The notes under the pieces were generated by a model. The model worked only from the letters and a program-made list of their open reading frames with translations, was not told the origin of the DNA and ran no database searches. Position numbers and translations under genes: made by a program. Below are positions 46,612-55,042 of a stretch of DNA of 64,000 nucleotides, in pieces. Within the stretch, counting starts at the first letter, position 1. Each line of letters starts with the position of its first letter. The DNA comes from an uncultured Candidatus Saccharibacteria bacterium. GTDB taxonomy: Bacteria; Patescibacteriota; CAZHWT01. The DNA is taken from contig CAZQWH010000001.1 of assembly GCA_964597145.1 (NCBI GenBank), forward strand, positions 166,441 to 230,440. The letters run 5' to 3'.

Positions 46612-48033
46612 ATGTCTGTACGTACTCGCATCGCCCCATCACCCACCGGATTCCCTCATGTCGGCACCGCTTATCAATCGTTATTCGATTATGTTTGGGC
46701 CAAAAAACACGACGGTCAGTTTGTGTTGCGATTAGAAGACACCGACCGGGCCCGATTGGTAGAAGGAGCAGATAAAAACATTTACGAAATGCTACGCTGG
46801 TTGGGTTTGCCCTTCGATGAAGGTCCCGATATTGGCGGACCATACGCTCCGTATGTGCAATCGGAGCGGCTCGATGTGTATCAGCAACAGGTTCAAACCT
46901 TGCTTAAGAATGGCCATGCCTATTACTGTTTTTGCTCAGCCGATCGATTGGCCGAAATGCGGTTAAAGCAGCAACAGCAGCATTTGCCTCCCAAATACGA
47001 CCGCCTTTGCCTTAGCTTATCCAAGGCCGAAGTGACCGAACAATTGGCCCAAGGCACTCCCCACGTCGTCCGCATGAAAGTACCCCAAGGTCAAACCAGC
47101 TTTACCGATCGCATTCGCGGCACCATTACTTTCCAAAATGCCGAGATTGATGATCAAGTTCTACTCAAGTCAGACGGTTTCCCCACCTACCACTTGGCGG
47201 TGGTGGTAGACGATAATGCCATGCATATTACCGATATTATTCGTGGCGAAGAATGGATTTCATCAACACCCAAGCACATCTTGCTCTACCAATTCTTTGG
47301 TTGGGACGTGCCGGTATTTACTCATTTACCCTTATTATTAAATAACGATAAGTCTAAGTTATCCAAACGCAAAAACGATGTATCGTTGTTATCCTACAAA
47401 GAGCAAGGATACTTGCCAGAGGCACTACTCAACTTTTTAGCTCAGCAAGGCTGGTCGCACCCAGAAGGTAAAGATATCTATTCAATCGATGAAATGATTA
47501 GTCTATTCACTTGGGATCGGGTGCCCAAAACCGGCTCAATCTTTAGTTTCGAAAAAATGCAGTGGTTTAACGGGCAATATATTCGGGCGTACAGTGCTGA
47601 GCGTTTAGCCAGTATGGTGGAGGAGTATTCCCGCCACCCTGCATCCGAGATTAAGCGCGTATTGCCACTGGTACACGACCGATTAACGGTTTTAGGCGAG
47701 TTCGACGAACTAGTAGAGTATTTGTACGACACCTTGGACTATGATACAGCCTGGCTGATCGGTAAAAATCAAACGGTTGAGTTGACCCGCGAACTATTAG
47801 AAGCAATGCAAGGTCGGCTAATGAAGTTAGACAGTTGGGAGCAGGAGCCATGGGAGTCGGCGCTACGTGGCTTAGCCGAGGAACAAGGAATCAAGGCTGG
47901 CCAACTATTTATGACGTTACGCGTGGCCATTACCTTTACCAAAGCCTCCCCTCCATTACGAGAATCAATGGAATTACTGGGTCGAGATGAGTCAATTAAA
48001 CGTATAGAGTTGGCAATAAAAAAGCTGGATTAA
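46612..48033 (+). CDS. gltX: Glutamyl-tRNA synthetase
   Basis: PSPTGFPHVGTAY (HIGH-type motif), KLSKR (KMSKS motif), anticodon-binding C-terminal domain. Confidence 0.95.
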   Translation: MSVRTRIAPSPTGFPHVGTAYQSLFDYVWAKKHDGQFVLRLEDTDRARLVEGADKNIYEMLRWLGLPFDEGPDIGGPYAPYVQSERLDVYQQQVQTLLKNGHAYYCFCSADRLAEMRLKQQQQHLPPKYDRLCLSLSKAEVTEQLAQGTPHVVRMKVPQGQTSFTDRIRGTITFQNAEIDDQVLLKSDGFPTYHLAVVVDDNAMHITDIIRGEEWISSTPKHILLYQFFGWDVPVFTHLPLLLNNDKSKLSKRKNDVSLLSYKEQGYLPEALLNFLAQQGWSHPEGKDIYSIDEMISLFTWDRVPKTGSIFSFEKMQWFNGQYIRAYSAERLASMVEEYSRHPASEIKRVLPLVHDRLTVLGEFDELVEYLYDTLDYDTAWLIGKNQTVELTRELLEAMQGRLMKLDSWEQEPWESALRGLAEEQGIKAGQLFMTLRVAITFTKASPPLRESMELLGRDESIKRIELAIKKLD

Positions 48034-48055
48034 GTTTATAATCTGAAAGGTATAT

Positions 48056-48316
48056 ATGGGGTTTATCTTTGTAATTATCTGGCTGGTAGTAGCAATAGGG
48101 TTGCGCACTAGCCTAGTGAAATGGCAAAAACGCCAAAATCAGGCATGGGCTATGCGGGTGCTGGAAGTTATAGGAATAGCTTTGTTTAGCCTGCTTGCTA
48201 CCTATCTAGCCATAAAGGTGCTTTATGAGGAGATTTACCCCTGCATGTTTATTGATAACTATTATTGCAATTTCTGGGGCACGCAATACTGGGATTTGTT
48301 TGGTATAGAATTTTAA
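48056..48316 (+). CDS. Hypothetical small membrane protein
   Basis: Two hydrophobic helices. No motif. Confidence 0.3.
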   Translation: MGFIFVIIWLVVAIGLRTSLVKWQKRQNQAWAMRVLEVIGIALFSLLATYLAIKVLYEEIYPCMFIDNYYCNFWGTQYWDLFGIEF

Positions 48317-48334
48317 TGAAATCAGGAGGCAACC

Positions 48335-48517
48335 ATGAAAAAACTACTACGATCAAAACATAATCGGGTGATTGCCGGAGTGGCAGCCGGGATGGCCCAG
48401 TACCTCAATATCGACCCAACCGTCGTTAGAATTCTGTGGGCCCTACTCTTATTGCCTGGAGGCATTCCTGGCCTAGTTCTGTACATTGTTTGCTGGATAA
48501 TTATTCCTGAAGAGTGA
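48335..48517 (+). CDS. PspC-domain protein
   Basis: LRSKHNRVIAGVAAGMAQYLNIDPTVVRILWALL...LVLYIVCWIIIP matches the PspC domain. RBS AGGAGG. Confidence 0.7.
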   Translation: MKKLLRSKHNRVIAGVAAGMAQYLNIDPTVVRILWALLLLPGGIPGLVLYIVCWIIIPEE

Positions 48518-48997
48518 GTAGTTGGCAGGGCGCATGGAGTGTGCAAGATTAGTTACTGCTAATTAGCCAGCACTTGTTGCTCTGAGTTGGTGATTTTGGT
48601 ACAATCCGAAGCGCTGTCATAGACAGCACAGTAGCTGGTATTTGGTATCTTGTATGGGTTATATAGGCGTAGTCATTCTGGACTGAAGCCAAGCGTAAGG
48701 ATAGAATCTCTATCTACTAACTACAGTCTACGAACTACTGCAAGCAAAGCTTGCTGCGGCATCACCTCAACCGTCAGGTTGAGTAACCAGCTATAATGAA
48801 GGAAGCTTAACGGATAAGAACTAAATAATTGCTGCGAGATGGTGCTACGTAGTGGTTTTCTCTATGCCAACGAGCAATAGAATAGGCAAATTATGGATGA
48901 CGAAATATAATTGAGTCCAATTGCATCACATTCCGATGGAACATCGGAAAAGGCTTTGAAAGTTGGAAGAGATAATTTAATATAGTCAGACTAATAT

Positions 48998-49071
48998 TGG
49001 CGGATGGTGAAATGGCATCACACCACTCTCTGGAAGTGGCATTCTTGGTTCGAGTCCAGGTCCGCCAGCCA
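48998..49071 (+). tRNA. tRNA-Gln (anticodon CUG)
   Basis: TGGCGGA-TG-GTGA-AATGGCA-TCAC-A-CCACT-CTCTGGA-AGTGG-CATT-CTTGG-TTCGAGT-CCAGG-TCCGCCA-G-CCA. U1-A72 and G73 are typical for bacterial tRNA-Gln. CCA is encoded. Confidence 0.85.
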
Positions 49072-49079
49072 AGCAAAGT

Positions 49080-49104
49080 GCCCAACGATTGAGTTGGGCT
49101 TTTT
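49080..49104 (+). terminator. Rho-independent terminator after tRNA-Gln (GCCCAAC-gattga-GTTGGGC-TTTTT)
   Basis: 7 bp GC-rich stem plus T5, 9 nt after the tRNA 3' end. Confidence 0.6.
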
Positions 49105-49217
49105 GCTTGCTTGTGGGCTACAGAATCGGATCAACTAGGTTCGAAGATAGGAGAATAACTATAGCTGACTGGTTCATGCTATAGTTGTGAACTACTCTCG
49201 CGGGAATTGTGGGACAA

Positions 49218-49234
49218 TTCCGCGGCGACCAGGT
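49218..49234 (+). other. Direct repeat of the tRNA-Gln 3' end (CCAGGTCCGCCAGCCA), 147 nt downstream of the tRNA
   Basis: 16 of 16 identity to tRNA-Gln positions 61-76. Preceded by a bulged hairpin CGCGGGAATTG...CAATTCCGCGG. No matching 5' half found. Confidence 0.5.
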
Positions 49235-49279
49235 CCGCCAGCCATGGTTGGTTGATTATTCTTCTGATATACTCTAAGG

Positions 49280-49699
49280 ATGCTGATATCCCAGCGAATG
49301 ACCAGAGCTCAAAAAGTTGCTGCGGCCCTAGGTGTCTTTGCCTTGCTAGTTATTTTTGTTTCCGCACTTAATCGCCAATTTATTGTAAAAACATATAGCA
49401 ACCTGGTGCTCGTAAATTCTGAGCAGTTTTTACCTTGCGAGCAACTGCCCGAAATTGAGAAAGTTGAGCAAAAGTATGAAGAAAATCAGGAGCTGCGAAT
49501 TCAGCTGCAGCAGATTTCGCCAAATCTGGCCGTATCCGTAGAGAGGGATAAAGCAGCAGATATCGGACTCGATACCTGGCAATGCCCAGGTAAGGCTGAT
49601 ATTCTGATAACTGTCCAATCAGAAGAACATCGTCAAAATATTTCGCAAATTGTTGGAAATAGTTTTGATGGCGTTCCATATAGAATTATCAATTATTAG
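49280..49699 (+). CDS. Hypothetical membrane-anchored protein
   Basis: N-terminal TM helix followed by a roughly 100 aa soluble domain. Confidence 0.4.
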   Translation: MLISQRMTRAQKVAAALGVFALLVIFVSALNRQFIVKTYSNLVLVNSEQFLPCEQLPEIEKVEQKYEENQELRIQLQQISPNLAVSVERDKAADIGLDTWQCPGKADILITVQSEEHRQNISQIVGNSFDGVPYRIINY

Positions 49700-49787
49700 C
49701 TGGCTCAGCGAGCACCATTGAATTCACACCCTCATAATAAGTTCCTACATAGTCCAAGCATGCCAGCCAAGTGAATCTATCTCAGAC

Positions 49788-49814
49788 AAAAAACCGTGTT
49801 GCCCACGGTTTTTG
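49788..49814 (+). terminator. Rho-independent terminator (AAAACCGTG-ttgccc-CACGGTTTTT)
   Basis: Stem plus T5, 89 nt after the stop of the 49280..49699 gene. Confidence 0.6.
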
Positions 49815-50054
49815 TTGTTCCTAAGCTTGTATCATCAGCTTAAACATCAGTTCTAATCCATGTTCTCCTATCTTCAAATTAGTCTATTGAAATGCACTTA
49901 GCCTATTGTCTGGATCAAATGCTTCTAATTCATCACAGACTAATATAGAAATGAGTCAGTTTTTAAAAGAATCTCTGTTTAATTTTAGCTTGACGCTCAT
50001 GTTACACTTTAAACGTCCTGTCGGCAGAGTACGATTACTTCAAAGGAGAGAGTC

Positions 50055-50378
50055 ATGACTTGGGATTGGTCTACGGGATTTATGGATCCGAATGCGCCGG
50101 GGATCAATGAGGCCAAGCGACGGCAAGCGGCAGCCGAGAGCCTGATTCGCAAGCTAGGGAGAGGAGATGATGAACTCTCTATAACTCTTGGCAGCATGCT
50201 TCTTTGGGAGCCTTTATATAACGTCGATGATTGCGGTGAGCTGCGTCGATTTGGTGCCGATGGTATCCGCGATCAACTTGAACGGTTCAAGCAGCTACCG
50301 AGTGCTATGCTCACCGATGATGAGCAGGCATTAATACGGGACCTAGATGCGGTGATTGAGCGTTACCCTGAGGGGTAA
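50055..50378 (+). CDS. Hypothetical protein
   Basis: 107-codon ORF with RBS AAGGAGAGAG. No recognised motif. Confidence 0.35.
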   Translation: MTWDWSTGFMDPNAPGINEAKRRQAAAESLIRKLGRGDDELSITLGSMLLWEPLYNVDDCGELRRFGADGIRDQLERFKQLPSAMLTDDEQALIRDLDAVIERYPEG

Positions 50379-50523
50379 GTAAGATAAAAACCTATAAGCA
50401 ATGCCCTCACGACCCCAGCGGGCTGAGGGCTACTCTTACACTTACCAAGTGGTTATCCCTTGACACATAACTTTCAAGGGCGTAATAGTTAAAGCATAAT
50501 TCAACTGCCTCAGAAAGGCAGTT

Positions 50524-51210
50524 ATGTATATTCCTCAACCTAACTTTGCAAATGGTGAAATTTATCACATTTATAACCGCGGTATTGACCGCCGGCCGAT
50601 TTTTACCAACAAGCAGGAATATCGTCGGCTAATCCAATCCTTAGCCTTTTATATCCCCACCGACACCTCCATTCGGCTCTCTCATTACTTGGTGATGAGC
50701 CAGGGCGATCAACAGAAAGTCGACCTTCGCCGCCAAATGGCTTCTCGACGCGTCTCCACGCTCTCATACTGCCTGATGCCTAATCATTTTCATCTATTAC
50801 TTCGTCAGGAGAGCGAAGGTGGTATTTCTGAGTACTTAAGACTGTTGCAAAACAGCTACGCCCGCTATTTTAATATCAAACACTCTCGGTCCGGAGCTTT
50901 GTTTGAAGGTATATTCAAAGCAGTCTATATCGAATCACAACAACAATTAGTCCATGTTTCCCGCTATATTCACCTCAATCCCTACACGGCCTACCTTGTG
51001 AAAGATCCCAGCAACCTTGCTAACTATGCCTGGTCATCATTGCGTGACTATGTCGCGCCATCGCCGACTAGTTTTATTGACACCCAGACAATTCTTAGTG
51101 ATTTTTCCAGTACCTCAGCTTACTATGACTTTGTACTTGATCAGGCCGACTACCAACGCAGTCTGGTAAAATATGGACATCTAATCCTTGAGGATGAAGT
51201 AAAAAGCTAA
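50524..51210 (+). CDS. rayT: RayT/IS200-like HUH (Y1) transposase
   Basis: YHIYNRGIDRRPIF...YCLMPNHFHLLL (HuH motif) ...NSYARYFN...HVSRYIHLNPY (Tyr-containing helix). 228 aa. Imperfect hairpins at about 50405-50433 and 50495-50518. Confidence 0.7.
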   Translation: MYIPQPNFANGEIYHIYNRGIDRRPIFTNKQEYRRLIQSLAFYIPTDTSIRLSHYLVMSQGDQQKVDLRRQMASRRVSTLSYCLMPNHFHLLLRQESEGGISEYLRLLQNSYARYFNIKHSRSGALFEGIFKAVYIESQQQLVHVSRYIHLNPYTAYLVKDPSNLANYAWSSLRDYVAPSPTSFIDTQTILSDFSSTSAYYDFVLDQADYQRSLVKYGHLILEDEVKS

Positions 51211-51278
51211 GTGTCAGGAGATAACCACTTGGCAAGTATACGGAATTTAAGAGCCGATCTATTTGCTATACTTCCACT

Positions 51279-51794
51279 ATGATCCTCACGTATCCCCGAG
51301 ATCCCAGGCTTATTACAGTTCGACGAGGCGGTACGCTCACCCAGACAAACCATCACTGGTTGGCGTTATGGGCTTCAGCTTGTGCTGAGCATGTCCTACA
51401 CTTATTTGAACAGGTACAACCTGACGATAGCCGACCTCACCAGGCAATCGAATTAGCTCAGATGTGGGCCCGAGGCGAGGCAACTATGTCTCAGGCTCGT
51501 ACGGCTGGTGGTCATGCCAATGCTGCGGCTAGGGATCAGACAGGAGCGGCTCGTTATGCTGCATATGCTGCTGCTCAGGCAGCACTGGTTGCACATGTTG
51601 CTGCCCACGATCTAGGAGCAGCGGCTTATGCTATCAAGGCGGTACAGGCGGCAGTTCAGAAAGTGCAGCAAGAACAAGCTGGTCGCCAAGAATGCCAATG
51701 GCAGCGCACCCAACTACCAGCCAACATACAAAATCTAGTCCTAGATGACCAGCGGTTGCGTAACCACGTATGTTGGCATGTTTTTGAATGTTAA
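51279..51794 (+). CDS. Ala-rich all-alpha protein resembling polymorphic-toxin immunity-like proteins (family uncertain)
   Basis: ...HHWLALWASACAEHVLHLFEQ...RPHQAIELAQMWARGE... followed by Ala/His-rich helices. I recall this pattern from proteins annotated as putative immunity proteins, but cannot verify it. Confidence 0.3.
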   Translation: MILTYPRDPRLITVRRGGTLTQTNHHWLALWASACAEHVLHLFEQVQPDDSRPHQAIELAQMWARGEATMSQARTAGGHANAAARDQTGAARYAAYAAAQAALVAHVAAHDLGAAAYAIKAVQAAVQKVQQEQAGRQECQWQRTQLPANIQNLVLDDQRLRNHVCWHVFEC

Positions 51795-51857
51795 TAACCT
51801 ACCCAGATAATATCCTCTATCATTCCTGTTATTTATATTTATCTGAGTTAATTACAT

Positions 51858-51885
51858 TTAATTATATAATTTATTATATAATTAA
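51858..51885. repeat. Dispersed AT-rich palindromic element, copy 3 (TTAATTATATAAT-TT-ATTATATAATTAA), CTGAG flank at 51843-51847
   Basis: Perfect inverted arms. 125 nt upstream of the ogt start. Confidence 0.8.
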
Positions 51886-52010
51886 ATAATCACAATTTGT
51901 GACTAAAATACCAAAGTATCACAATGAGCTGAGTAAAGGTTTGTGGTAAGGTTGATCCAGATTACCTGGCTAATCAGGAGGAGGGACTATTCGGCTTATG
52001 AGGCTTATAG

Positions 52011-52517
52011 ATGACTAATCTAAAAGTGATCAGCACACGCACACCAGATGGCCCGTTTTCTATGGTGGTAGACCAGGCTGATATTGTCCGACTATCGGGG
52101 TTTAGTGATGTAGAACAACTAGCTAAACGTCTGCCTCGGAAACTACAAGGGTTGCCAATAAGCCCAGTTACGAATCATCCTTATATACAAGCGATAAAAG
52201 CTTATTATGACGGAGATACCGCCGCGTTGGTGAACATTCCCCGTAGCCAGAATGGCAGTCACTTTCAAGAACAAGTCTGGCGAGCAATTGACCGTATTCC
52301 TCTTGGCCATACCCTAACCTACAAACAGTTGGCCACGGCCTCCGGCTACCCTACCGCTGTACGAGCTACAGGAACAGCCTGCGGCGCAAATAAATTGATC
52401 CTGCTTGTACCTTGTCACCGAGTACTCAAAAGCGATGGAGGTATTGGCAGCTATCTTTACGGTTCAGCTATTAAAACATCGCTACTTAGGCACGAAAAGG
52501 TGCTACGTGGCTCTTAA
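52011..52517 (+). CDS. ogt: Methylated-DNA--protein-cysteine methyltransferase (Ogt/MGMT)
   Basis: ...TYKQLATASGYPTAVRATGTACGANKLILLVPCHRV... with the intact PCHRV active site. Confidence 0.85.
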   Translation: MTNLKVISTRTPDGPFSMVVDQADIVRLSGFSDVEQLAKRLPRKLQGLPISPVTNHPYIQAIKAYYDGDTAALVNIPRSQNGSHFQEQVWRAIDRIPLGHTLTYKQLATASGYPTAVRATGTACGANKLILLVPCHRVLKSDGGIGSYLYGSAIKTSLLRHEKVLRGS

Positions 52518-52780
52518 TGGCAACCTCACGTTTAAACCATAACACCTAATTTAAAAGTTGCAAATACTCATTAGCCGCGAATTGTTATTAAGTTCTCCAC
52601 CTGGCAGGTGAGTATCGTAAGCATATAAATTTAAATCTTTCTACCAGTTTTCGCCAACAAGCTTAAAGTTGCCACCTATGACAACCCTACCATGAGTACA
52701 ATAAACCGTAGGTGCAATGATAGTATATAATACTATAAGCCTAATATCTTAAAGTTGTCACTTCATCAGGGAGAGCTAGG

Positions 52781-52957
52781 GTGAGACTGGCAGATCTCCG
52801 AGACTGCGCTGATGAGATTCATGCAGTCAAGGACAGGTACGGTATCGTTGTCTTTGCCCTGTCGTTTGTGGATTGGGGGCTACGCAAACTATTCGCCGCA
52901 TTGAGGTTGCTACCCAAACATGGCCATTGGCGAGACCTTCGTTTTCCAGGCAAGTAA
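52781..52957 (+). CDS. Small hypothetical protein (58 aa; below the ORF-track cutoff)
   Basis: GTG start 9 nt after GGGAGAG. Followed by a terminator at 52989-53011. A direct repeat CTTAAAGTTG(C/T)CAC lies upstream. Confidence 0.35.
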   Translation: MRLADLRDCADEIHAVKDRYGIVVFALSFVDWGLRKLFAALRLLPKHGHWRDLRFPGK

Positions 52958-52988
52958 ATTGTTACTGCCTTCTTATATACAAGACATC

Positions 52989-53011
52989 GGGCGCTACTAG
53001 CGCCCGTTTTT
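52989..53011 (+). terminator. Rho-independent terminator (GGGCGC-tacta-GCGCCC-GTTTTT)
   Basis: 6 bp GC stem plus T5, 32 nt after the small ORF stop. Confidence 0.6.
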
Positions 53012-53159
53012 CTTTGTCTTGCGAGTCGGTAATTTCAATTATATAAACCAAGTATCACTACTTGTGATCTACCAAGTCTTCAATAGCTATAAAATCTCTC
53101 ACTCTGTCGTGCAGATAAAAACAATACACTGCTTTATAAAGCTCTGTTATCATGAATAG

Positions 53160-53594
53160 ATGCCGCAATTAAGCAAGACTACGCGACTAAAACTTTTCAT
53201 ACCCTTTATATATTTTGGCTGCTCGCTGCTCTTTTTCCTATTTACTTGGCCGCCACGCGCCGAAACTCACCATTTAATAGGAGTTTTGGTAGCAGTCGTT
53301 GGGTTTCTTCTTTGGTTAATAGCTCGTATACAACTTGGCAATGCCTTTACCATAGCCCCAGAAGCGCACTTCATTGTAAGTGGTGGCTTATATAGCAAGT
53401 TCCGCCACCCCGTCTATTATTTTTCAACACTGGCGGTAATTGGCCTCGGTATCTATATTTGGCTTTGGCCTATGCTAGTGGTTCTAGCAGTGATGATTAA
53501 CTTAGAGGCTTTTCGTCTGCAGAAAGAAGACGAGCAACTGACAAAAAAGTTTGGGCAGCAATACCTGGAATATAAAAAATCAACCTGGCTTTAA
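53160..53594 (+). CDS. Isoprenylcysteine carboxyl methyltransferase (ICMT)/PEMT-family membrane methyltransferase
   Basis: Four TM helices. ...SGGLYSKFRHPVYYFSTLAVIGLG...EAFRLQKEDEQLTKKFGQQYLEYKK matches the family C-terminal signature (RHP.Y, EE..L...FG..Y..Y). Confidence 0.6.
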   Translation: MPQLSKTTRLKLFIPFIYFGCSLLFFLFTWPPRAETHHLIGVLVAVVGFLLWLIARIQLGNAFTIAPEAHFIVSGGLYSKFRHPVYYFSTLAVIGLGIYIWLWPMLVVLAVMINLEAFRLQKEDEQLTKKFGQQYLEYKKSTWL

Positions 53595-53781
53595 TGTAGT
53601 CAAAGGCATGCATGTTCATACCCCCAGACATTCCTTTGATGACTTGATTGAGATAAAGCTCACTTGTTGCGTATCAATTCTCATAGGTCTGTGAGTTTTA
53701 AATGTGCAGGTTCATCAGGCACCTATGCAGCTGTAAGTCCATCACCAACCAACGCAGATGCGGTATGATTGAAGGACGCTT

Positions 53782-53961
53782 ATGTTTTCACGTAAATTTC
53801 TTATCTATCTTGGCATAGCAGTTGGCTCGGGGCTAGGCAGCATGGTGCCCCATTTATGGGGATCGGCGGCACTTTCGGGGTGGGGATTACTCTTTGGTAG
53901 CATTGGTGCAGTGGCAGGTTTTTATGTGGGGTTTAAGTTAGGAGAATGGGTAGAGCAATAG
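53782..53961 (+). CDS. Small glycine-zipper membrane protein (GlsB/YeaQ/YmgE-like; 59 aa)
   Basis: GxxxG-rich helices (GIAVGSGLGSMV...GLLFGSIGAVAGFYVG). RBS GAAGGA. Below the ORF-track size cutoff. Confidence 0.35.
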   Translation: MFSRKFLIYLGIAVGSGLGSMVPHLWGSAALSGWGLLFGSIGAVAGFYVGFKLGEWVEQ

Positions 53962-53968
53962 CTGGCTT

Positions 53969-54298
53969 TTAGGTAAATAACTGTCGTAAGGCGGTTTTTA
54001 CCGCTTCTCGTTTTCCAGTTTGCAGTGTGCCTACCGTATTCTCAATAATTGATGACTCAAGAGTGAATAGTTTATCTGGCCGAATAAAACTATCAATCTG
54101 CAGTGATCCGTTATCAAAATCCCCTGACGTGAGAGGGATGGCTCGTTTACTGGTATGAGCATTGGAGGTAATTTGACAGACAATTAGATTATTGAATTCT
54201 GCCTTGCCCACTATCAATGCCGGCCGCTTCTTGAGCCGGGTTAGATCAGCATACGGAAACGACACAATAATTACATCGCCTACTGTAAATGGACCCAT
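53969..54298 (-). CDS. mazF: MazF/PemK-family endoribonuclease toxin
   Basis: GDVIIVSFPYADLTRLKKRPALIVG...LIVCQITSN matches the MazF/CcdB fold. Confidence 0.75.
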   Translation of the reverse strand: MGPFTVGDVIIVSFPYADLTRLKKRPALIVGKAEFNNLIVCQITSNAHTSKRAIPLTSGDFDNGSLQIDSFIRPDKLFTLESSIIENTVGTLQTGKREAVKTALRQLFT

Positions 54299-54525
54299 GC
54301 TTCGTCTTCCTCTGGGGTATCCCAGTCGCTGAGACTATTGAGGCTCAATAAATACTCCTCATTAAATACTTTGTTGTGTTTAGACGGTACAGGTGAGGGA
54401 GTTATTTTAATTTCACCCTTAGTAGCCTTTAGTTCGACGTTCCCCGCTAAGCCACTTTCTTCTAAAAGCGGTTTTGGGATACGAACACCTTTTGAATTTC
54501 CAATAGTAATGATAGATGTTTTCAT
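54280..54525 (-). CDS. mazE: MazE/AbrB-family antitoxin
   Basis: TSIITIGNSKGVRIPKPLLEESGL...GEIKITP is a SpoVT/AbrB swapped hairpin. 19 nt overlap with mazF. Confidence 0.7.
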   Translation of the reverse strand: MKTSIITIGNSKGVRIPKPLLEESGLAGNVELKATKGEIKITPSPVPSKHNKVFNEEYLLSLNSLSDWDTPEEDEAWVHLQ

Positions 54526-54646
54526 GTAATTACATTATATATACATAGCAAGTTGGCTGTCAAACTTACATAGCTGTGGCACACATAAAACATTAAACCA
54601 AATGGTCCAACCTTGCCCGTTGTTTGCATTATAGAATCTGGAGGAA

Positions 54647-55042
54647 TTATGATTTCTTTTTCTTAGATTGGTTGAGCTGGACGGCGTTGCAGATTAGGTC
54701 TTTGAAGGCCGCCTCGTCAATCTCATCTTCTTTACGAATAATCACGGCTCGGTAGGAATTGATCAGGCCCTTGGGATCATCGAGATCGGGACCCTTGGCA
54801 AAACCAATTCGCAGATGTTTTTTATAGGTTTCACCGGTGCAAATCATGCCGTCATGCGACCAGAGTGGCACGCCGTCTGGATTGGAGGGAGTTTTCCATT
54901 TAACCGCCTCAACTACGTCTGGGTCGGCCTGGTTAATCAAAGTACGAATCTGTGCCAATTTCTGCCCCCGCCAATCAGCAAACTTGGCAATTATCGCCTC
55001 TATCTCGTCCGATGGTGGGGTGTCTTTGGTAAATGATGCCAT
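54647..55042 (-). CDS. DUF1801 (YdhG-like) domain protein
   Basis: ...VEAVKWKTPSNPDGVPLWSHDGMICTGETYKKHLRIGFAKG fits the YdhG/DUF1801 pattern. Confidence 0.45.
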   Translation of the reverse strand: MASFTKDTPPSDEIEAIIAKFADWRGQKLAQIRTLINQADPDVVEAVKWKTPSNPDGVPLWSHDGMICTGETYKKHLRIGFAKGPDLDDPKGLINSYRAVIIRKEDEIDEAAFKDLICNAVQLNQSKKKKS

